DNA of 64,000 bases from Acidimicrobiia bacterium. Lineage in GTDB: Bacteria > Actinomycetota > Acidimicrobiia > Spongiisociales > UBA5794. Below are positions 1 through 7,324 of this stretch, piece by piece. How positions within the stretch are numbered: position 1 is the stretch's first letter; the number at the start of each line of letters is the position of its first letter. The translations under genes were made by a program, and so were the position numbers. Under the pieces are notes generated by a model that was not told where the DNA came from, ran no database searches, and saw only the letters and a list, made by a program, of their open reading frames with translations. The stretch is from assembly GCA_029287195.1 (NCBI GenBank), contig JARFRN010000249.1, positions 20,352 to 84,351 of the forward strand, in the 5' to 3' direction.

Positions 1-855
1 AGATCGGTGAGGTGAGGGGGCTCAAACGCGAAACGCGTAACTTCGCCATCGTGCCTGGCCTGCTGCAGAATCTCTTCGATCGGTGCCGTTCTGCTGAGCA
101 TGTAGCGATGGCGCCCTTTCGTCTCGATGGTCTCCACCCCGGGAACCAGTGCGGTCCACGGCTGCCCGTTGACATCGATTTCGAGATAGCGAGTCGGCGA
201 CAGCCTCCTGAGTTCGCTGACCTCGCCGGTCAGCACAGTACGACCGTGGTCGATTATCACGACGTCCTGGCAAATATCGGAGACGAGATCGAGTTGATGG
301 CTGGAGAAGACGATCGTCATGCCGCCGGCGGCCAGGCTGCGTAACACTGCGGCCATCGTCTCCATTCCTATTGGGTCGAGGCCGGCAAACGGTTCGTCGA
401 GTACTGCTACGTCAGGCTGGTGAACCAGGGCACATGCCAGCTGGACACGTTGCTGATTCCCGTGGGACAGCTCCTCGAGCTTCGAGGCACTCCTGTTCGC
501 CAGCTCGAATCGATTGAGCCATTCGGCGCCCGCTGCCGCCGCGTCCTTGCGATCCATTCCGGACAGCCGGGCGAAGTAGGCGAGTTGATCTCCAACCAGC
601 ATTTTCGGGTAGAGACCTCGTTCCTCGGGCATGTAGCCGAAGCGCAACTTGATGTCGCGATCGATGGGCGCCCCGTTCCAGGTCACCTCGCCGGAGTCGG
701 GGGTCACCAGCCCGAACACGCAGCGCATTGCGGTGGTCTTGCCGGCGCCGTTGGGACCGAGGAACCCGAGGATGCGGCCCGGGTGCACCTGGAAGCCGAG
801 TTGGTCGAGCGCGGGGACGTTGCCAAAGCGCTTTGTGAGAGCGCTGAATACCAAC
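1..855 (-). CDS. ABC transporter ATP-binding protein (ABC-2/DrrA-like). Partial, 3' end runs off the window.
   Basis: Reverse-strand translation from the ATG at 855 gives MLVFSALTKRFGNVPALDQLGFQVHPGRILGFLGPNGAGKTT. Walker A GPNGAGKTT, Q-loop, a degenerate ABC signature (LSHGNQQR) and Walker B (VAVLDEP) are all present. The ORF track omits it because there is no stop inside the window. Confidence 0.85.
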
Positions 856-942
856 ATGGCTGCCTCCGTTGCCTAGAGGGACAATCTGGCCGCCGCGCCG
901 CTGTGCCGCTAGGGCCTTCCGTCCCTGTTGCTGCGTTGCCGT

Positions 943-1410
943 CTAGCTGCGGTATTCGGTTGCCGTGGTGGGGAAGTCGGCCTCTTGCCAGGTAAGGACG
1001 CGGTGCGGCACCGCAACCAGCACCGGGTCGAAAGAGAAGTCAGCCGGTAGTCCGTATTTGGAGGCGTAGGCAGCGAGCATCGAGGCCGACCTTTCCGGGT
1101 CCTGCTCAGCGCGGACTTCGCAATCCAGTATCACCACGTTGTCGCCGCTTTCGAGATGCACCACAGCCTTGCTCGAAGCCTCCAGATTGCGCGACTTCTG
1201 CGATTGCGCATCAACCCCGAAGTAGAACCGATCCTCGTGCCACACGCCCCAGATCGGAGTGGCATGCGGCCTGCCGTCCGGGGTTACGGTTGCGATCCAG
1301 TAGTTGCGAGCCGCCGCCAGCTCCGCTGCGACGTCTCCCCAGGGGACGAGCCCGGTTGGGTCGGGCGAGATTCCATAGCCGGAGGCAAACGTAGGACGAG
1401 ATTGCTTCAT
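943..1410 (-). CDS. Pyridoxamine 5'-phosphate oxidase-like FMN-binding family protein
   Basis: A 155-aa ORF with the PNPOx-like split-barrel pattern (WIATVTPDGRPHATPIWGVW...FYF). Good GC3 bias. Confidence 0.55.
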   Translation of the reverse strand: MKQSRPTFASGYGISPDPTGLVPWGDVAAELAAARNYWIATVTPDGRPHATPIWGVWHEDRFYFGVDAQSQKSRNLEASSKAVVHLESGDNVVILDCEVRAEQDPERSASMLAAYASKYGLPADFSFDPVLVAVPHRVLTWQEADFPTTATEYRS

Positions 1411-1443
1411 GCGGTGAATCTAGGACCTCCCGTGGAGAACCGC

Positions 1444-1474
1444 TTGACCCTGACGTTACGTGAAGGTGTACGGT
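1444..1474 (+). promoter_or_regulatory. Candidate MerR-type promoter: TTGACC, a 19-bp spacer, then TACGGT
   Basis: A -35-like TTGACC (1444-1449), a 19-nt spacer containing the near-dyad GACGTTACGTG, and a -10-like TACGGT (1469-1474). The ATG lies 8 nt downstream at 1483, which would imply a leaderless or very short-leader transcript. Confidence 0.3.
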
Positions 1475-1482
1475 ACGGGCCC

Positions 1483-2247
1483 ATGAAGAAGACGGAAAGG
1501 CTCACGGTCGGCGCTCTGGCCGGAATGGCCGGGGTGACGGTGCGCACGCTGCACCATTATGACCAGATCGGTCTGGTGGTGCCGTCCGGCCGGACCCCAG
1601 CCGGGTATAGGACGTACGGTGACGCCGAGGTGAAGCGACTCCAGGAGGTGCTCTTCTTCAGGGAACTGGGGTTCGCGCTCGACGAGATCAGGCAGATCGT
1701 GAGCCGACCAAGCTACGAGCGAGTGACCGCACTGGAGCGGCAACGAGCGCTGTTGGAAGCAAGAGCGGAGCACCTGCTGGCGCTGGTAGATGCACTGGAC
1801 CGGGCGGTGCGCGCAGAACGAACGGGAACGGCCATGACAAACGAGGAAATGCTCGAAGTGTTCGGCGACTTCGACCCCCCCGAGTACGAGGAAGAAGCGA
1901 AGGAAACCTGGGGCGATAGCGATGCCTACAAGCAGTCCGCCGCCCGCACCGCGCGCTATAGCAAGCAAGACTGGGAGACGATCAAGGCCGAGGGCGACGC
2001 CATCTACCAGCGGTTCCTGGACCTGATTGCAGCAGGCGAAGCGGCCGACGGGGAGGCGGCGATGGATGTCGCTGAGCAGCATCGGGCCCATATCACGAAG
2101 TGGTACTACGACTGCCCCAAGACGATGCATGCCGGTCTCGGCCGCATGTATGTGACCGACGCTCGATTCCAAGGGAACATCGACAAATCCGGCGAGGGTC
2201 TTGCGGAGTACATGGCGGCGGCGATTGCGGCCAACGCAGATCGCTAG
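1483..2247 (+). CDS. MerR-family transcriptional regulator, TipAL-like (N-terminal HTH plus C-terminal TipAS effector-binding domain)
   Basis: The N-terminus MKKTERLTVGALAGMAGVTVRTLHHYDQIGLV is a MerR HTH. The C-terminal half carries TipAS-like motifs (WYYDCP...GLGRMYVTDARF...GLAEYMAAAI). The internal ATG at 1483 was chosen over the ORF-track start at 1156. Confidence 0.8.
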   Translation: MKKTERLTVGALAGMAGVTVRTLHHYDQIGLVVPSGRTPAGYRTYGDAEVKRLQEVLFFRELGFALDEIRQIVSRPSYERVTALERQRALLEARAEHLLALVDALDRAVRAERTGTAMTNEEMLEVFGDFDPPEYEEEAKETWGDSDAYKQSAARTARYSKQDWETIKAEGDAIYQRFLDLIAAGEAADGEAAMDVAEQHRAHITKWYYDCPKTMHAGLGRMYVTDARFQGNIDKSGEGLAEYMAAAIAANADR

Positions 2248-2274
2248 TAGCGGCGGCCGGGTGCCGCGGGTCGG

Positions 2275-2890
2275 CTAGCGGCGGAAGCTACGTACCAATG
2301 TGGCCGTTGCCAACCCGGCCGCCCAGCCCCCAACAACATCGAGTGGATAGTGAGCCCCGACATACACGCGGCCGGCACCAACGGTGGCGGCAAGGAGGGC
2401 GATTGCGCCGCGGCTACGGCGGGAGGCGCCTCTCGCTAGGACGGTACCCATCGCGGCTGCTACCGCGGCGTGACCGGAGGGGTACCCGAGCCCGGTTTGC
2501 GCCATGCCTCTGATCCTGACCACGCTCGCCTCAGGGTCGGGTCGGGGCCGGTTCACCACCCGCTTCAGCGGCTTGCAGACCAGCCAGGCGGCTCCACCGG
2601 CGAGAGCGACCGTGCCGGCGCGTTGCGGCCTCTGATCGACCAGGCGAGCCAATCCCGCAGTGATGCCGACGGAAGCCAGGCTGCCGAGCTGCATCACCGG
2701 CCACACCGGCACATAGAGCCGGTCCGGTAAGCCGTTGATCATGCGGAATGCGTCGTCGTCCCATCGCGGCACGCCGCGCCGTGCAAGCGCGGCCATCGAC
2801 GCGACCGTTGCCGCCGCCGGCAAACAGACCCAACGATCGGAACGTAGATACATGTCGTCCATGGCCGTCCTGAATGTGTTCGTGACCATG
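2275..2890 (-). CDS. PAP2-superfamily phosphatase (membrane-associated acid or lipid phosphatase)
   Basis: The complete PAP2 signature is present: KRVVNRPRP (Kx6RP), PSGH, and GRVYVGAHYPLD (SRx5Hx3D). The internal start MVTNTF was chosen, so the long N-terminal extension in the ORF track is probably not translated. Confidence 0.7.
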
Positions 2891-3372
2891 GTCGGGAGGA
2901 TACGGTCACCAGCGCAAGCTCGTTCGCTGAATTGCGGCGGCGGGCATCGATGGTGCCGGAAGACCCGATCGGCGGATCGCTTCAGCACGGCCGGTGCCGC
3001 CGATTGGAACTGCAACCCGTCGGGCCACAGCCAGAGCCGGGGAACACATCGCCGGTGCGCTCGATCCCACTTCCCGTGTTTGTAGCCTTTGCCGTCGTAC
3101 TCGGTGCGCCTGCCTGGGCAAGGGGTCAACGGCATCCGCATCGAGACGCCCCAAGAGCGAATTGGCAACCTGTTCGAGATCATCGTTCGCCGACTCTCGG
3201 ACTGGACGACGGCAAGATCGAGTTCGAGTCGGGCCCTAGGTGCGAGGGGCTGCGCTCAAGTGGGCCGACCGCCTCCAGCGATTCAGACTCGATCACGCTG
3301 CGGTAGTCTCCGACGAGGGCGACTTCCAGTGCTCTGCGCGGCGCTGAGGTCGCGGGGGAAGGCGCGCTGGCG

Positions 3373-6297
3373 TTGGTCGGAGTCTGGAGGACCGTGATGA
3401 ACGAGTCGAGCCCAACGCAGGGAATGCGTCTCTACGAATGGATCAACCGGCATGCCTGGCCGCTGGCAGCCGCACTGGTCGTGCTCGCGGTGGTGCTGGC
3501 CGGCCTCTTCCCTGTGGTTGCCGATGAAGGCGAGCCTTCATTCGACCCCAAAGGTGAGATCTACGAGACGCAGAGCCGTGTTCAAGAGGTCTTTTCGACC
3601 AGTTCCCCGATACGTGGCGTCTCGTTCATCGTCGAAAACCCCAACGGTGGCGACGTACTGACCCGTGATTCTCTGCTCGAGCTCAAGCAGAACCAGGAGG
3701 CAGTGCTGGCAGACGCCGAGTCGCAGCTGCACCTCACCACTTCGTTCGATCGCGAGCTGGGCATCACCGTTGATCGGATGTTTTCGATTGCCGACGCCGT
3801 CGATGAGGCCCTCCCCGGCGGCCTAGAAGCCGCCACCGACGGTGATGTCAAGCGAGCGCTCGATGCGCTGCTCGCCGATGATGCTCCGACCAGTTCGCTG
3901 CGGTTCCTGTTGTCGTCGACGTCGACGACGCAGACCCCTACCACGATCGGTGACGAGACCATCGTGGTGTGGGCATCGCCTGCGTTCTTTGCCCAGCTTC
4001 TCTACAACATCGAGACGTTCGATCCAGAGCAAGTCCAGGAGTCCTTTGGTGACGACACCAACCTCGATGCAGAGCGCTGGTTGCGAGATGTGCAAACCAT
4101 GCTGCGTTCCGGCGACAACGTCACGGTAACGGGCGTCGCCATCGACTTCGGCCTCGTGGCCGAAGAGCAGAACGCCGCGGCCGGCCCGTTCATCTTCTAC
4201 GCAGTCGCGTTGATTCTGGTTTTCGTCGGGGCCCTGCTCCGCTCGTATTGGGCGGCAATGCTCGTAGGCGCCGGGCTCGGCGTCACGATGATGGCCTACA
4301 ACGGCATCAACGCCCTGCTCGGGCTGAAGACCGGCTCGCCGCTATTGATCATGATCGTCCCCATTGCCCTGATCAGCTTTGGCGTGGACTTCTTCATTCA
4401 CGGCAGCGGCCGCGCCCGGGAGATGCAGGTCCAAGGGCAACCCCGCGAGCGTGCCTATCCGCTCGGCATGACCGCAGTCCACGCCGCGCTGTTGCTGGCG
4501 GCCCTGTCGTCGGCTGCGGCTTTCCTGTCGAATACGGTTTCGGGAGTCGAGGGAATCATCCAGTTCGGGATTGCTGCCGCCGTCGGTCTGCTCATTGCCT
4601 ACATGGTTCTAGGTTGGGTTGCTCCGAAGCTGCTGCTGTCGATCGAGGAGAAGCTTGGGGCCCGGCCTGCCGACCTCAGCCATATGCGCACCGCAGGTCA
4701 GAAGCTCGGGTTCGTCGTAGCCGCCTTCATTGCAGCAATGGCGGTGGTGGCAGCGATCGTGTTCCCATCGGCTGGCTGGGCGCTCTACCTTATCTTCCTG
4801 GGCTTGTTCCTCTACCTGCCGTACCGTCTCACCCGGCGCCGCAACCGGCGCGCCGCCGAGGCGGGTCGGCCGCTGACAGATGCCGTGAAAGGTGCAGGGC
4901 ATGGGTTCCGCGCAGCCGGTACGATCGTGCATTTCCTCGCCCGCTGGCGAGTCTTCACGTTGCCGGCGGTTGCCATCCTGGCGATTCTTGGAATCATCGG
5001 CGCCTCGCAGGTGGAGCGAGGGTTCGAGATCAAGGATTTCTTCTCGTCCAAGACCGACTTCGTCATCAGCCTCGACAAGCTGGAGCAGTACTACGGCAGC
5101 GGCGGCGGCGAATTCGACTACATCTTCGTGGAAGGTGATCTCACCTCTCCGCAAACGCTGATAGCCCTGGAGACCGCGCAGGCTGAGATCGGCGCTTCAG
5201 GTGCGGAGTTTGTCCGCAACTTCAACGACGAAGTCGAGTTCGGTGCTAACGCCGTGACGGTTGTGCGCATCGCAACAACGTCCGATCCGATGCGGGCCGC
5301 AATCGCGGATGTGACCGGGGTTGCGATCACCGATGCGGATGGAGACGGCCTCGCCGATACACCCGAGCAGATCGCGGCGATCTACGCGTATGCCCGCGAC
5401 AACGATGTCGTAAACAACGAGGGAGTCGTGGTTTTCCGGCCCGACCAGACCGAAAGGTTCCTCTATGTTGCCGAGGGTACCCAGGCAACCACGGTGGGCG
5501 TGAGTATCGCCACCTTCACTGATGACGTGATCATCCTCGACGCCAGGAGTGTCCTCGAGGCTGCCGCCGCCGGAATCGAACCGGAGTTGTCGACTGCGGG
5601 GGTTGCCGTCGCCGTGTCGGGAGGCGCCATCACCGGTCAGGACTCGCTGGATTCTTTCGTGCAGTCGATGCTGACGTCGCTACCCGTGGCAATCGTGATC
5701 ACATCGTTGCTCGTCTTCGTCACTCTGTTCTTCGTGTTTCGGCACTTCGGACGCCGTCTGGCGTCGATCCTGAAGCGGTCGGGCCGCTACGCGTTGATCT
5801 CGATGATTCCGATCCTGCTGGTTGTGGCCTGGATCTACGGGTTCATGTACCTGGTCGGCTACAAGATCAACCTGATCACCGCAACGATCGCGGCGATAGC
5901 GATTGGTGTCGGCGTTGACTATTCGACCCACTTCACGGTGCGGTTCATCGAGGAATTCGAGCACGAGCCGAGCCGCTTCCCGGCGCTGCGTCGGACGGGC
6001 GAGGGCACGGGTGGTGCACTTGCCATCTCGGCGGCCACTTCGATGACGGGCTTCATGGTGATGGCAACGGCGCCGATGCCGATGTTCGTGACCTTCGGAG
6101 TGTTGACCGCGGTGATGATCGCGTTCTCACTGCTGGTTTCGCTTCTCGTCCTACCCAGCTTGCTACTTCTCATCACCCCGTCCCGTAAGGGTGCGGAGCG
6201 TGAGGAGATGATCGAGCAGGTGACCGGCGGCGAGTACGAGTACGAGCCGCATTCCCGGGAACAGGCGTTCCACGAGCAGGGAGCTGAAACGGAGTAG
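3373..6297 (+). CDS. MMPL/RND-superfamily transporter (likely lipid exporter)
   Basis: A 974-aa protein with two 6-TM bundles, each preceded by a large extracytoplasmic domain. The second bundle has the RND-type motif GVGVDYSTHF. The exact start is uncertain (3373, 3397 and 3421 are all possible). Confidence 0.85.
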   Translation: MVGVWRTVMNESSPTQGMRLYEWINRHAWPLAAALVVLAVVLAGLFPVVADEGEPSFDPKGEIYETQSRVQEVFSTSSPIRGVSFIVENPNGGDVLTRDSLLELKQNQEAVLADAESQLHLTTSFDRELGITVDRMFSIADAVDEALPGGLEAATDGDVKRALDALLADDAPTSSLRFLLSSTSTTQTPTTIGDETIVVWASPAFFAQLLYNIETFDPEQVQESFGDDTNLDAERWLRDVQTMLRSGDNVTVTGVAIDFGLVAEEQNAAAGPFIFYAVALILVFVGALLRSYWAAMLVGAGLGVTMMAYNGINALLGLKTGSPLLIMIVPIALISFGVDFFIHGSGRAREMQVQGQPRERAYPLGMTAVHAALLLAALSSAAAFLSNTVSGVEGIIQFGIAAAVGLLIAYMVLGWVAPKLLLSIEEKLGARPADLSHMRTAGQKLGFVVAAFIAAMAVVAAIVFPSAGWALYLIFLGLFLYLPYRLTRRRNRRAAEAGRPLTDAVKGAGHGFRAAGTIVHFLARWRVFTLPAVAILAILGIIGASQVERGFEIKDFFSSKTDFVISLDKLEQYYGSGGGEFDYIFVEGDLTSPQTLIALETAQAEIGASGAEFVRNFNDEVEFGANAVTVVRIATTSDPMRAAIADVTGVAITDADGDGLADTPEQIAAIYAYARDNDVVNNEGVVVFRPDQTERFLYVAEGTQATTVGVSIATFTDDVIILDARSVLEAAAAGIEPELSTAGVAVAVSGGAITGQDSLDSFVQSMLTSLPVAIVITSLLVFVTLFFVFRHFGRRLASILKRSGRYALISMIPILLVVAWIYGFMYLVGYKINLITATIAAIAIGVGVDYSTHFTVRFIEEFEHEPSRFPALRRTGEGTGGALAISAATSMTGFMVMATAPMPMFVTFGVLTAVMIAFSLLVSLLVLPSLLLLITPSRKGAEREEMIEQVTGGEYEYEPHSREQAFHEQGAETE

Positions 6298-6319
6298 AAC
6301 AGCCCGACCGGCTGAACTT

Positions 6320-6354
6320 GTGGAGGTCGCCGTGAGGCGACCTCCACGTTCTTG
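6320..6354. terminator. Bidirectional stem-loop terminator between the convergent MMPL and PAP2 genes
   Basis: The perfect 12-bp stem GTGGAGGTCGCC / GGCGACCTCCAC with loop GTGA, followed by GTTCTTG. Confidence 0.5.
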
Positions 6355-6681
6355 CGCCTAGGTGTCCTAGGCACGAGCTTCGTCGCGCGATCCAGTCCCG
6401 GCGGGCCGACGCCTCGTCGACTTCGCCAGCAGGACTACAACTTCGGCTCGACCTGGCAACGTGAAGATGATGATGGTCACAACGAACGCGCCGTAGAGAA
6501 TGAGGGCGGCATCGGACTCATCAATCCGTCAGCGCCACCAAGCGTTGCGGCGGAATGGCGGGACTCTGCGTTTCGGATCGATCGATCCCATTCCCGAGGG
6601 CTGCTTCCGGGGCCTAGGGATGGGCCTGCTGCGGACTACCCACGGCAGGCTTGCACCACCGGGCCATTCGTCGAAAAGCGG

Positions 6682-7260
6682 CTACTCGGATACTGCGGGA
6701 ATGCCCACGGCGAGGTTGAGCCCAGCGGCAATGGCAATGCCGAGCGCGGCTCCGGCGATAACGTCGAGCGGGTTGTGAGCGCCCAGATAAACCCTGGCGA
6801 AGCCGTTGAGCACCGCCAGCAAGTAGACGATGACCGTGCCCCGGCGCCCCAGGTATGGGGCCAGCAGTCCGGCCAAGGCGAACGCAAAGATGGCGTGACC
6901 GGAAGGGAATCCGAGCGGGGACGTATTGACATCGCGAATCACGGCGTCCGGCACCGTGAAAGCAGGGCGCTCCCGCTCGACTAGAGCCTTGACCCCCCAC
7001 CATTCGAAGGCGAGCTTGAGCGGAATCGCCGCGATCAGAGCCAGTCCGAGCCGGTAGCGGCGGATGGCAACAGCGGCCAGTGCTACCACGGCAATGAAGA
7101 CCAACGAGCCAAAGATCTGAAACACCCACATCGGAGCCTCGAGCCAATCGGGAAGTCCGTTGATGACGTTGAATGCCGCTTGCTCGATACTCCCGACATC
7201 GCCGTTGCGTACGACAAACATGCAGAGCACCACCACCGCCAAACCGACGGCCGCGACCAT
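6682..7260 (-). CDS. PAP2-superfamily phosphatase, paralog of the gene at 2275-2890
   Basis: Motifs KALVERERP (Kx6RP), FPSGH and ARVYLGAHNPLD. The internal start MVAAVGLAVVVL was chosen. It lies downstream of, and on the same strand as, the kinase/flippase-like gene. Confidence 0.7.
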   Translation of the reverse strand: MVAAVGLAVVVLCMFVVRNGDVGSIEQAAFNVINGLPDWLEAPMWVFQIFGSLVFIAVVALAAVAIRRYRLGLALIAAIPLKLAFEWWGVKALVERERPAFTVPDAVIRDVNTSPLGFPSGHAIFAFALAGLLAPYLGRRGTVIVYLLAVLNGFARVYLGAHNPLDVIAGAALGIAIAAGLNLAVGIPAVSE

Positions 7261-7324
7261 GAGATCCCTGCGGGGATGACGCTCGAATTGAGCGGGGGCG
7301 CCGGAGCGAATGCGGGAGGCGAGG

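Noticed and set aside
1156-1482. N-terminal extension of the MerR ORF, and similar extensions of both PAP2 ORFs (2891-3183, 7261-7437)
   Set aside because: In each case the conserved domain begins at an internal Met and the upstream stretch is compositionally antisense-like. The extension would overlap the neighbouring gene or promoter.
4248-5154. Overlapping ORFs inside the MMPL gene on both strands (296 aa plus-frame, 181 aa minus)
   Set aside because: The MMPL frame has continuous TM topology and RND motifs. The alternative frames are Arg/Pro-rich.
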